From NCBI GenBank assembly GCA_006226225.1, contig SBHI01000055.1, forward strand, positions 1 through 42,510: a DNA stretch of 42,510 nucleotides, read 5' to 3'. The notes below the pieces were generated by a model. That model was given only the letters and a program-made list of their open reading frames with translations. It was not told where the DNA came from and ran no database searches. Positions 18,094 to 27,444 of this stretch are shown one piece after another (position 1 is the stretch's first letter; every line of letters starts with the position of its first letter). Made by a program: the position numbers and the translations under genes. This DNA comes from Alphaproteobacteria bacterium. Lineage in GTDB: Bacteria; Pseudomonadota; Alphaproteobacteria; Micavibrionales; CSBR16-224.

Positions 18094-19758
18094 ATGAACA
18101 TGGAAACAAAAATTGCAAATGATGTGAATAAGCCGCAGGCATCTTCTTGGGGCGGGGCGGATATTCATGACTGGGATCCTGAAAATGAAAAGCAATGGAA
18201 TTCCTACGGCAAAAAAATCGCATGGAGAAATTTGTGGATCTCCATTCCTTGCCTGTTATGTGGTTTTGCCGTCTGGCTTTACTGGAGTATTGTAACGGTA
18301 CAAATGCTCAATCTGGGTTTTCCTTTTTCCCAATCTGAGTTGTTCACACTCTCTGCAATCGGTGGATTGTCTGGTGCGACGTTACGCATTCCCAGCTCTT
18401 TCTTTATACGGCTGGCTGGCGGAAGAAATACATTATTCTTTACAACCGCATTGCTGATACTTCCTGCTTTCGGAACGGGTGTTGCGTTACAGTCGATGGA
18501 TACGCCGTTATGGATGTTTCAGGTTCTTGCCTTGCTGTCAGGATTCGGCGGCGGAAACTTCGCATCTTCCATGTCCAATATCAGCTTCTTCTTTCCGAAA
18601 AAGGTACAAGGCTTATCACTTGGCCTGAATGCGGGACTTGGGAATTTTGGTGTGACAACGATGCAAATTCTGGTTCCTCTGGTGATGACCTTCGCGCTTT
18701 TCGGCGGCGATGCTATGAGTCTTCAGAACACAAGCGGCACATTGATCGGAAAAATCCCTGCAGGGACGGATACATGGATCCATAATGCGGGCTTTATCTG
18801 GGTGGCGATTCTTGTGCCATTGGTAATTGCAGCTTGGCTGGGTATGAATAATATTCGTGCGGATCATGTATCGCCGGATATCAGCGGGCCGATCACTTCC
18901 ATGATGAAAGTTGCAATAATGCTGTTGATCGGCCTCGCGGTGGCAGGAACCGGATTGTGGTTGATGCTGCCTGCGGCGGCAAACGGTGCTGGTACCGAGA
19001 TCAGTAAGTGGATAATTCTGCCTGCTGTGATTGCGGCAACTGTGACTATTTTAAGAATGCTGCCAGGTACAATTGGTCAAAGTTTAAAAAGGCAGTACAA
19101 GATTTTTAAACATCCCCATACATGGATTATGACGGTGATCTATACGATGACTTTTGGATCCTTTATCGGATACTCCGCTGCATTTGCTTTGTCTATTAAA
19201 GTGATTTTCGGTTATCAGCATATTCCGGTTGATGAGGTCATGACGCATACGACCGTGAATCCGGCGGCGCCGAGTGCTTTGATGTTTGCGTGGATCGGTC
19301 CTTTTATCGGGGCGCTGATCCGTCCGATCGGCGGATGGATCGCGGATAAAATGGGTGGGGCGCTTGTGACGCAGATCACATCCGTTGTTATGGTCGCTGC
19401 GGCAATCGGTGCTGGTTATTACATGAAGGCGGCCTATGCCTCTGCCTCGCCAGAGGAATATTTTGTGCCGTTTTTCCTGATGTTTCTGGCTCTGTTCTTT
19501 GCCAGCGGTATCGGTAACGGGTCGACGTTCCGTACGATCGCAAAAGTCTTTGATAAGGAACAGGCTGGCCCGGTGCTGGGCTGGACATCTGCGGTTGCAG
19601 CCTATGGTGCTTTCATTGTTCCCCAGATTCTCGGAGAACAGATCAAGGCGGCCACGCCGGAAATCGCTTTGTACGGTTTTGCGGGGTTTTACGCGGTTTG
19701 TGTCGTGCTTAACTGGTGGGTCTACCTGCGTCCGGGAGCAATGCATAAAAATCCGTAA
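18094..19758 (+). CDS. narK: MFS nitrate/nitrite antiporter (NarK2-type), 554 aa with an enlarged central region
   Basis: It has the NarK-like N-terminus (WDPENEKQW, IAWRNLWISIPCLL) and the nitrate signature motifs (GGGNFASS, GIGNGSTF). Confidence 0.9.
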   Translation: MNMETKIANDVNKPQASSWGGADIHDWDPENEKQWNSYGKKIAWRNLWISIPCLLCGFAVWLYWSIVTVQMLNLGFPFSQSELFTLSAIGGLSGATLRIPSSFFIRLAGGRNTLFFTTALLILPAFGTGVALQSMDTPLWMFQVLALLSGFGGGNFASSMSNISFFFPKKVQGLSLGLNAGLGNFGVTTMQILVPLVMTFALFGGDAMSLQNTSGTLIGKIPAGTDTWIHNAGFIWVAILVPLVIAAWLGMNNIRADHVSPDISGPITSMMKVAIMLLIGLAVAGTGLWLMLPAAANGAGTEISKWIILPAVIAATVTILRMLPGTIGQSLKRQYKIFKHPHTWIMTVIYTMTFGSFIGYSAAFALSIKVIFGYQHIPVDEVMTHTTVNPAAPSALMFAWIGPFIGALIRPIGGWIADKMGGALVTQITSVVMVAAAIGAGYYMKAAYASASPEEYFVPFFLMFLALFFASGIGNGSTFRTIAKVFDKEQAGPVLGWTSAVAAYGAFIVPQILGEQIKAATPEIALYGFAGFYAVCVVLNWWVYLRPGAMHKNP

Positions 19759-19770
19759 AAAACAGGGCAG

Positions 19771-19784
19771 TTGACTGAGATCAA
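19771..19784. promoter_or_regulatory. FNR/Dnr-type box TTGACTGAGATCAA upstream of narG
   Basis: One mismatch to the consensus. Its centre is 68 bp upstream of the narG ATG. Confidence 0.5.
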
Positions 19785-19845
19785 TTTTAACAATGACAAA
19801 AAACGACAATATGCCTGAACGGTAATTCTTAAGGAGTGGAATCGC

Positions 19846-22800
19846 ATGAGCTATTTTATCGACCGTATGACCTATTTCGCGAGCAGGAAAGAAGAGTTTT
19901 CCGGCGGCCACGGTATCACGACCGGTGAAAATCGCGCATGGGAAGAAGCTTATCGCGGTCGCTGGGCGCATGATAAAATTGTGCGTTCAACGCATGGTGT
20001 GAACTGCACGGGATCGTGTTCATGGAAGATCTACGTCAAAAACGGGTTGATTACCTGGGAAACCCAACAGACGGATTATCCGCGAACGCGTCCCGATCTT
20101 CCGAACCACGAGCCGCGCGGCTGTTCGCGCGGTGCCAGTTACAGCTGGTATATTTATTCTGCCAACCGTTTGAAATATCCTCTGATCCGCAAGAAGCTGC
20201 TCAAACTTTGGCGAGCGGAAAAAGCTGAAAATGGTGGTGATCCCGTAAAAACATGGCAGACGATCCAAAGTGATCCCGCTAAACGTCGTAGTTACCAAAA
20301 GCTGCGCGGCCTCGGCGGCTTTGTCCGTGCGGAATGGGATGAAGTGAATGAGATTATCGCCGCTGCCAATATCCATACCATTAAAGAACACGGGCCTGAT
20401 CGTGTGATCGGTTTCTCGCCTATTCCGGCAATGTCGATGGTGTCCTATGCGGCAGGATCGCGTTATCTGTCATTGATCGGCGGCGTGTGTATGAGTTTCT
20501 ATGACTGGTATTGCGACTTGCCGCCAGCCTCGCCGCAAACATGGGGCGAGCAGACAGATGTGCCGGAAAGTGCAGACTGGTATAATGCCGGATTTATTAT
20601 TATGTGGGGATCGAATGTCCCGCAGACACGGACGCCGGACGCGCATTTTATGACTGAGGCGCGGTACAAAGGAACGCAGGTCGTGACCGTAACGCCGGAT
20701 TATTCGGAAGCGTCGAAATTCGGTGATATCTGGTTGAATCCTCGTCAGGGAACGGATGCGGCGTTGGGTATGGCGATGGGACATGTTATTCTAAAAGAAT
20801 TCCACCTTGATAAGCCGTCTAAATATTTTGACGACTACTGCCGTTCATATACGGATATGCCGCATCTGGTTAGACTAGAAAAACGTGGCAAGAAATATGT
20901 TCCGGGGCGTTTTATCCGTGCGGCCGATTTCGCAAAATCACTGGGGCAGAAAAACAATCCCGAATGGAAAACCATTTGTCTGGATGAAAATAGCGGTAAC
21001 CCCGTTGTGCCGACCGGTTCCATCGGTTTCCGTTGGGGAGAGGAAGGGAAATGGAATATTGTTCCGCAGGATGCGGCAACAGGGCAGGAGATACGCCCTG
21101 TTAAAACGCTGCTGGGAACGCATGATGATGTTCTGGATGTCGGCTTCCCTTATTTCGGCGGGCTGGATCATGAACACGGCTATTTCACACCGAATGCGCA
21201 AGAGGAAATCCTTGATCGCAAACTGCCGGTGAAATACCTGACGCTGAATGGTAAAAAAACGCCTGTCGTGACAGTGTTTGATCTGCTTTGCGCTAATTAC
21301 GGCATTGCGCGCAAAGGGTTGGATGGTGACCATGTGGCGACAAGTTATGACGAAAATATTCCCTATACGCCGAAATGGCAGGAGAGCATAACGGGTGTTC
21401 CGGCGGAGAATGTGATCCGTGTCGCGCGCGCCTTTGCCGATAATGCGGATAAAACAAAGGGCAAGTCGATGATTATCATCGGTGCGGCGATGAACCACTG
21501 GTATCACATGGACATGAATTACCGTGCGGCCATCAATATGCTGACCTTCTGCGGTTGTGTCGGGCAATCCGGCGGCGGTTGGGCGCATTATGTCGGACAG
21601 GAAAAACTACGTCCGCAAACGGGCTGGTTGCCGCTGGCTTTTGGTCTGGACTGGTCGCGGCCGCCGCGTCAGCAAAACTCGACCTCATTTTTCTATGCCC
21701 ATACCGATCAATGGCGTTATGAAACACTGGGTGTACATGAGATTCTGTCACCGCTGGCAGATAAGAAGAAATGGAAAGGCTCGCTGATTGATTGCAACAT
21801 CCGTGCAGAGCGCATGGGATGGCTGCCTTCGGCGCCACAACTGGAGGAAAATCCCTTGTCTCTCGTGCGTGAAGCGGAGAAAAAAGGGAAAGACCCGGTT
21901 GATTATGTTGTGAGTCGCCTGAAGAAGGGGGATTTGCGCATGTCCTGCGAAGATCCGGACAAACCGGAGAATTGGCCGCGCAACATGTTTGTCTGGCGTT
22001 CCAATTTGTTGGGATCGTCAGGGAAGGGGCACGAGTATTTCCTGAAGCATCTGTTGGGAACGCAACACGGCGTTCAGGGTAAGGACCTCGGGAAACAGGG
22101 GCCGGGCGCTTCGGCAGAGGTCGTTTGGCATGACAAGGCACCGGAAGGTAAGCTGGATTTGCTTGTCACGCTTGATTTCCGGATGTCGACGACATGTGTT
22201 TATTCCGATATCGTTCTGCCGACGGCCAGCTGGTATGAAAAGAACGATCTGAATACGTCGGATATGCATCCGTTTATCCATCCGCTGTCGAAAGCTATTG
22301 ATCCGGTATGGCAAAGCCGTTCTGATTGGGAAATTTACAAAGGTATCGCCAAGAAGTTTTCCGAAATCGTTCCCGGTCATCTGGCAGTCGAGAAGGAGAT
22401 TGTGCTAACACCGATCCAGCATGATACACCGGGCGAATTGGCGCAAAATGATGTGAAAGAATGGCGCAAGAAAGAATGTGATGCGGTTCCGGGAATGACA
22501 ATGCCAGCGATGAAAGTTGTGGAGCGTGATTATCCCGCAACATATGAACGCTTTACATCTCTTGGGCCGTTGATGGAAAAACTCGGTAACGGCGGCAAGG
22601 GTATCGGCTGGAATACCGACCATGAAGTTGATTTTCTGAAGAAACTGAATGGTGAGAAAAACGGCCGGGCGAAAATTGAAAGCGATATTGATGCCTGTGA
22701 AGTCGTTCTGACACTTGCACCGGAAACGAATGGCGAGGTCGCGGTCAAAAGCTGGGCTGCACTTAGTAAAATGACCGGACGGGATCATACGCATCTGGCG

Positions 22801-23586
22801 CTGCCGAAGGAAGAGGAAAAAATCCGCTTCCGTGATATACAGGCGCAGCCGCGCAAAATTATCTCCTCCCCGACATGGAGCGGGCTGGAATCCGAGCATG
22901 TCTGCTATAATGCCGGTTATACCAATGTGCATGAATTTATTCCCTGGCGCACATTGACCGGACGGCAGCAGCTTTATCAGGATCATCCATGGATGATTGA
23001 TTTCGGCGAGGGGCTTGTATCCTATCGTCCGCCGATCAATACGCAGACGGTTGACAAAATGATGAGAAAACACGGTAAGGACTCGCCGACTGTTTTGCTG
23101 AATTTCATTACACCGCACCAGAAATGGGGCATTCACTCGACCTATTCGGATAATTTGCACATGCTGACGTTGTCGCGCGGCGGGCCGATTGTCTGGGTCA
23201 GCGAAACGGATGCCGCAAAAATTGATGTGCAGGATAATGACTGGCTGGAGGTCTTTAACGCCAATGGCGCGATTATGGCGCGTGCTGTTGTGTCACAGCG
23301 CGTGAATGAAGGTATGATGCTGATGTATCACGCTCAGGAAAAAATCGTCAATATGCCCGGCAGTAAAATTACCGGTGCGCGCGGCGGTATTCACAATTCC
23401 GTGACACGGGCAACGGTCAAGCCGACGCATATGATCGGGGGGTACGCCCAGCAGTCTTACGGCTTCAATTACTACGGAACCGTCGGTTCAAACCGGGACG
23501 AATTCGTCATTGTCCGTAAAATTGCGGATGAGGATATCGACTGGATGGAAGAAAAAGAAGAAACGGCAATGGAGGCGGCACGATGA
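19846..23586 (+). CDS. narG: Respiratory nitrate reductase alpha subunit
   Basis: 1246 aa. It has the N-terminal FS0 motif HGVNCTGSCSW and a Mo-bisMGD enzyme body. It overlaps narH (ATGA). Confidence 0.97.
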   Translation: MSYFIDRMTYFASRKEEFSGGHGITTGENRAWEEAYRGRWAHDKIVRSTHGVNCTGSCSWKIYVKNGLITWETQQTDYPRTRPDLPNHEPRGCSRGASYSWYIYSANRLKYPLIRKKLLKLWRAEKAENGGDPVKTWQTIQSDPAKRRSYQKLRGLGGFVRAEWDEVNEIIAAANIHTIKEHGPDRVIGFSPIPAMSMVSYAAGSRYLSLIGGVCMSFYDWYCDLPPASPQTWGEQTDVPESADWYNAGFIIMWGSNVPQTRTPDAHFMTEARYKGTQVVTVTPDYSEASKFGDIWLNPRQGTDAALGMAMGHVILKEFHLDKPSKYFDDYCRSYTDMPHLVRLEKRGKKYVPGRFIRAADFAKSLGQKNNPEWKTICLDENSGNPVVPTGSIGFRWGEEGKWNIVPQDAATGQEIRPVKTLLGTHDDVLDVGFPYFGGLDHEHGYFTPNAQEEILDRKLPVKYLTLNGKKTPVVTVFDLLCANYGIARKGLDGDHVATSYDENIPYTPKWQESITGVPAENVIRVARAFADNADKTKGKSMIIIGAAMNHWYHMDMNYRAAINMLTFCGCVGQSGGGWAHYVGQEKLRPQTGWLPLAFGLDWSRPPRQQNSTSFFYAHTDQWRYETLGVHEILSPLADKKKWKGSLIDCNIRAERMGWLPSAPQLEENPLSLVREAEKKGKDPVDYVVSRLKKGDLRMSCEDPDKPENWPRNMFVWRSNLLGSSGKGHEYFLKHLLGTQHGVQGKDLGKQGPGASAEVVWHDKAPEGKLDLLVTLDFRMSTTCVYSDIVLPTASWYEKNDLNTSDMHPFIHPLSKAIDPVWQSRSDWEIYKGIAKKFSEIVPGHLAVEKEIVLTPIQHDTPGELAQNDVKEWRKKECDAVPGMTMPAMKVVERDYPATYERFTSLGPLMEKLGNGGKGIGWNTDHEVDFLKKLNGEKNGRAKIESDIDACEVVLTLAPETNGEVAVKSWAALSKMTGRDHTHLALPKEEEKIRFRDIQAQPRKIISSPTWSGLESEHVCYNAGYTNVHEFIPWRTLTGRQQLYQDHPWMIDFGEGLVSYRPPINTQTVDKMMRKHGKDSPTVLLNFITPHQKWGIHSTYSDNLHMLTLSRGGPIVWVSETDAAKIDVQDNDWLEVFNANGAIMARAVVSQRVNEGMMLMYHAQEKIVNMPGSKITGARGGIHNSVTRATVKPTHMIGGYAQQSYGFNYYGTVGSNRDEFVIVRKIADEDIDWMEEKEETAMEAAR

Positions 23587-25211
23587 AGGTCAGGGCACAG
23601 ATCGGCAAGGTTCTCAACCTTGATAAATGCATTGGGTGTCACACATGTTCCGTGACATGTAAGAATGTCTGGACTTCACGCGAGGGGGTCGAGTACGCAT
23701 GGTTCAATAATGTTGAAACCAAGCCGGGGGTTGGTTATCCGAAAGAGTGGGAAAATCAGAAAAAATGGAAAGGCGGCTGGCGCAGAAAAGGTAATGGCAA
23801 AATCGAACCTGTGCAGGGCGGCCGCTGGCGGATGCTGGCAAAAATTTTCGGCAACCCCAATATGCCGGAAATCGACGATTATTATGAGCCGTTTACGTTT
23901 GATTACGATCACTTGCAAAAATCTCCGGAGGCAAAAACTTCGCCGACAGCGCGCCCCCGCTCTCTTGTTTCGGGCGAACGGATGGAAAAAATCAAATGGG
24001 GCCCGAACTGGGAAGAAATTCTCGGGACTGAATTTGAACACCGGCGCAAGGATTATAACTTCAAGGATATTGAAGAGGAAATTTACGGCCAGTTTGAAAA
24101 CACCTTCATGATGTATCTGCCGCGCCTGTGCGAGCATTGCCTGAACCCGACCTGTGTGGCGTCCTGCCCGTCCGGCTCTATCTACAAACGGGAAGAGGAC
24201 GGGATTGTTCTGATCGATCAGGATAAATGCCGCGGCTGGCGTATGTGTGTGTCCGGCTGTCCGTATAAGAAAATTTACTATAACTGGAAATCCGGCAAAG
24301 CCGAAAAATGTACCTTCTGTTATCCGCGGATTGAAAATGGTGAACCAACGGTTTGCTCGGAAACCTGCGTGGGGCGTATCCGTTATCTGGGTGTCATTTT
24401 ATATGATGCCGACCGGATTGAAGAAGCGGCAAGCGCGGAGAATGAAGAGGATTTGTATGAAGCACAGCTGAATATTTTCCTTGATCCTCATGATCCGGAA
24501 GTGATTGCCCAGGCCAGAAAAGATGGTATTCCGGAGAACTGGATAGAAGGTGCGCAAAAATCGCCTGTTTACAAAATGGCGATGGAATGGAAAGTCGCAT
24601 TTCCGCTGCATCCGGAATACAGAACCCTGCCGATGGTCTGGTATATTCCGCCTTTGTCGCCGTTACAGGCCGCTGTTGAGGATGGAAAAATTCCGACTGA
24701 CCGGACGGGTATTATGCCGGATCTGAATGAAATGCGTATTCCGGTGAAATATCTTGCCAATCTTTTGACGGCCGGAAAAGAAGAACCGGTGAAAAAGGGC
24801 TTGCAGCGCATGATGGCGATGCGTCATTACATGCGCGGTAAAATGTTCGAGGACACGGATAATAGTGCTGTTCTGAAAGATGTCGGCCTGTCACCGGAAA
24901 TGGTGCAGGATATGTACCGGATCATGGCCATCGCTAATTATGAAGACCGTTACGTCATTCCGACCGGACACCGCGAGGAAACGCTGGATGCTTATGGCGA
25001 AAGCGGCGGCTGCGGCTTTAGCTTCGGTAATGGTTGTTCCACGCATAGTAATAGTGAAACGGATCTGTTTGAAAGTCCGAAAAAATGGCGCGGCAGAAGC
25101 GCATCGGGTAAGGACAATCGGGTCAACACTTTGTTTACACGTAATGAGGATGAAAACCCCTCTGCCAAAAGCGGTGGTTGCGGCGGTGGAAGCTGCGGAA
25201 GCTGCGGCTGA
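23583..25211 (+). CDS. narH: Respiratory nitrate reductase beta subunit, with an extra Cys/Gly-rich C-terminal tail
   Basis: It has ferredoxin-type Cys clusters (CIGCHTCSVTCK, CEHCLNPTCVASCP, CRGWRMCVSGCP, CTFCYPR). At 542 aa it is longer than the roughly 510-515 aa I remember as typical. Confidence 0.96.
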   Translation: MKVRAQIGKVLNLDKCIGCHTCSVTCKNVWTSREGVEYAWFNNVETKPGVGYPKEWENQKKWKGGWRRKGNGKIEPVQGGRWRMLAKIFGNPNMPEIDDYYEPFTFDYDHLQKSPEAKTSPTARPRSLVSGERMEKIKWGPNWEEILGTEFEHRRKDYNFKDIEEEIYGQFENTFMMYLPRLCEHCLNPTCVASCPSGSIYKREEDGIVLIDQDKCRGWRMCVSGCPYKKIYYNWKSGKAEKCTFCYPRIENGEPTVCSETCVGRIRYLGVILYDADRIEEAASAENEEDLYEAQLNIFLDPHDPEVIAQARKDGIPENWIEGAQKSPVYKMAMEWKVAFPLHPEYRTLPMVWYIPPLSPLQAAVEDGKIPTDRTGIMPDLNEMRIPVKYLANLLTAGKEEPVKKGLQRMMAMRHYMRGKMFEDTDNSAVLKDVGLSPEMVQDMYRIMAIANYEDRYVIPTGHREETLDAYGESGGCGFSFGNGCSTHSNSETDLFESPKKWRGRSASGKDNRVNTLFTRNEDENPSAKSGGCGGGSCGSCG

Positions 25212-25229
25212 GGTGGAAAGGACGATATT

Positions 25230-25937
25230 ATGAGAACATTGAAGATTTTAGGAATCTTGCTGAGCTATCCATCTGTGGAACAGGTAAAGGCGTTACCGGA
25301 ATGTCTCGCATTGTTGCGAAAGGAAACATGGCTGCCGCAAACATCCGTGGCGGCACTTGAAGAACTTGCTGGCTGGATGCAGGGGCAGGACATCATGGAT
25401 TTACAGGAGGCCTATGTCGATCTGTTTGACCGGACGCCCTCTCTGTCATTGCATTTATTCGAACATGTTCACGGCGATTCCCGCGACCGTGGTCCGGCGC
25501 TTGTTGATCTGCATAATTTGTATCAGGAAGCGGGGTTGATGATCTCCGTTCATGAAATGCCGGATTATCTGCCGCTGTTTCTTGAATATCTGTCTGTTCT
25601 TCAGCCAGCGCAGGCGGCGCATGACTTAAGTGGCGCGATTGATGTGATAGCGGCTATCGGGGCAAGATTGAAAAACAGAAAAACACCTTATGCCGCGGTA
25701 TTTGATGCTTTGGAAGAGGCGGCGGAACATAAGCCTGATGATAAGGCGATAGCGGCAGCGCTCGCCGAGGATGCGGGCGCACCGCTTGATAATCAACAGC
25801 TTGACCGCGAATGGACCGAGCAGTTTGCATTTGAAAATGCGGCGCAAACCAATCCTGACGGCGGCTGTCCCGCCGCAGAGGATATGGTTAAGCGTATGAA
25901 AGATTCGGTCAATCAGACCGGAGCAGGCTCACAGTAA
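25230..25937 (+). CDS. narJ: Nitrate reductase molybdenum cofactor assembly chaperone
   Basis: Its position between narH and narI and its NarJ-like sequence (LLSYP, YVDLFD) support the call. Confidence 0.9.
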   Translation: MRTLKILGILLSYPSVEQVKALPECLALLRKETWLPQTSVAALEELAGWMQGQDIMDLQEAYVDLFDRTPSLSLHLFEHVHGDSRDRGPALVDLHNLYQEAGLMISVHEMPDYLPLFLEYLSVLQPAQAAHDLSGAIDVIAAIGARLKNRKTPYAAVFDALEEAAEHKPDDKAIAAALAEDAGAPLDNQQLDREWTEQFAFENAAQTNPDGGCPAAEDMVKRMKDSVNQTGAGSQ

Positions 25938-25953
25938 GGAGGCACGCAAGAAT

Positions 25954-26628
25954 ATGGACTATTTTCTGTTTCAGATATTCCCTTATATCGCCATTGCGTT
26001 TTTCGTTCTTGGCTGCATTTTGCGCTTTGACCGTGATCCTTATACATGGCGCAGTAAATCCAGTCAGCTGTTGAGACGCAAGCAGCTTATCTGGGGAAGT
26101 GTCCTGTTTCATTTGGGGATTATTGTGATTTTATTGGGCCATGCGGTCGGTTTGCTGACCCCGATTGCCGTCTTTGATGCGATTGGTATATCACATGGTG
26201 CAAAACAGATATTGGCGATGGTTGCTGGCGGTACGGCAGGTTTCTTCTGTTTTATCGGTTTGGTAATACTGTTGCATCGTCGCTTGCTGGATCCGCGTAT
26301 TCGCGCGAACAGCTCATTTGCGGATATCGCTATTTTGTTTTTGTTATTAGCACAGCTGTGTCTTGGCATGTTGACAATTCCGGTATCCATGAACCATCTG
26401 GACGGGCATGAGATGGTCAAATTTATGGAATGGGCTCAGCATATTGTGACATTCCGCAGCGGTGCGCACGAATTTGTCAGCGATGTCGCATTGGTCTTTA
26501 AATGCCATTTGACACTGGGAATGTTCATTCTTCTGATCTTTCCCTTTACGCGTCTGGTTCACGCGTTGAGCGCTCCTGTCGGGTTTCTGTTCCGCCCCTA
26601 TCAGATCGTACGCCGGAGGGAAAGCTGA
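25954..26628 (+). CDS. narI: Respiratory nitrate reductase gamma subunit (dihaem cytochrome b)
   Basis: 224 aa, 5 TM, with conserved His in TM helices. It is the last gene of narGHJI. Confidence 0.93.
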   Translation: MDYFLFQIFPYIAIAFFVLGCILRFDRDPYTWRSKSSQLLRRKQLIWGSVLFHLGIIVILLGHAVGLLTPIAVFDAIGISHGAKQILAMVAGGTAGFFCFIGLVILLHRRLLDPRIRANSSFADIAILFLLLAQLCLGMLTIPVSMNHLDGHEMVKFMEWAQHIVTFRSGAHEFVSDVALVFKCHLTLGMFILLIFPFTRLVHALSAPVGFLFRPYQIVRRRES

Positions 26629-27425
26629 TGATGTCCGCCAAAACCATTACGCCGGGTATTCAGGTCAATGACGTGCATATCAGCGCCGAGGAAATCAATA
26701 ACGAGGTTCAGTATCATCCTGCCGACAGTCTGCCAGAGGCAAAATATCAGGCGATGCAGGCGCTTGTCGTTAGGGAATTATTACTGCAAAAGGCGGTTTC
26801 GTGCGGTATTTGCACAAAAGGACAAGCCGTGAAGGACAGTGATGAGGTGATCGAACGATTATTGAAACAGAAGATCACGGTGCCCGAACCGGATGCGGAA
26901 ACATGCCGACGTTATTATGAAGCCAATAAAGCGCGTTTTTATACTTCACCGTTATTTCAAGTATCTCATATTTTATATCTTGCTCCTCCGGAGAATGAAC
27001 AGGAAAGAAAAAAAGCCCGTCGAAAAGCAGCTGCCGCTTTGAAACGCATTCAAAAAGATCCGAACCTGTTTCCGCAGATTGCCAAGGAGGAATCGGATTG
27101 TTCCTCTTCCGGTGAAGGCGGGCGGCTGGGTCAAATCAGTAAAGGACAAACGCTACCAGCTTTTGAAGCCGTGCTTTTGAAAATGCGGGCAGGGGAGATG
27201 TCCGATGAACCTGTCGCCACGGAAGTTGGATATCACATCATTCAAGTGCATGAATATGCCGAAGGGCGGCAATTGCCTTATGATGCCGTAAGTGACTGGA
27301 TTGCCGATTTTCTGAAAAACCAGAGCTGGCAGCGCGCGGTTTCGCAATATATTCAGATTCTGGCGGGGGAGGCGAAAATAAGCGGCTTCCGCCTGAAAGC
27401 GGCGGATACACCCCTTGTACAGTAA
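26628..27425 (+). CDS. PpiC/parvulin-type peptidyl-prolyl isomerase associated with the nar operon
   Basis: The ATG at 26628 overlaps the narI stop by 1 nt. It has a parvulin domain (FQVSHIL ... GGRLGQISKGQTLPAFE ... GYHIIQV). A similar gene follows narI in Pseudomonas nar clusters. Confidence 0.8.
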   Translation: MMSAKTITPGIQVNDVHISAEEINNEVQYHPADSLPEAKYQAMQALVVRELLLQKAVSCGICTKGQAVKDSDEVIERLLKQKITVPEPDAETCRRYYEANKARFYTSPLFQVSHILYLAPPENEQERKKARRKAAAALKRIQKDPNLFPQIAKEESDCSSSGEGGRLGQISKGQTLPAFEAVLLKMRAGEMSDEPVATEVGYHIIQVHEYAEGRQLPYDAVSDWIADFLKNQSWQRAVSQYIQILAGEAKISGFRLKAADTPLVQ

Positions 27426-27444
27426 ATGATATGGGGTGTGTATT

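Noticed and set aside
19084-19971. 295-aa ORF on the minus strand spanning the 3' half of narK2 and the narG promoter
   Set aside because: It lies antisense to a transporter gene with unmistakable NarK homology. Its product is Arg/Pro/His-rich and low in complexity, as expected for a shadow frame, and I see no RBS or recognisable domain.
20938-23160. Several 200-250-aa minus-strand ORFs inside narG (20938-21588, 21533-22141, 22405-23160)
   Set aside because: All lie antisense to narG, whose reading frame is continuous and homologous along its whole length. They are shadow ORFs.
24880-25233. 117-aa alternative-frame ORF at the narH 3' end that might encode the Cys-rich tail separately
   Set aside because: The NarH frame stays open and the conserved NarH sequence continues through this region. 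The alternative frame has no RBS or homology.
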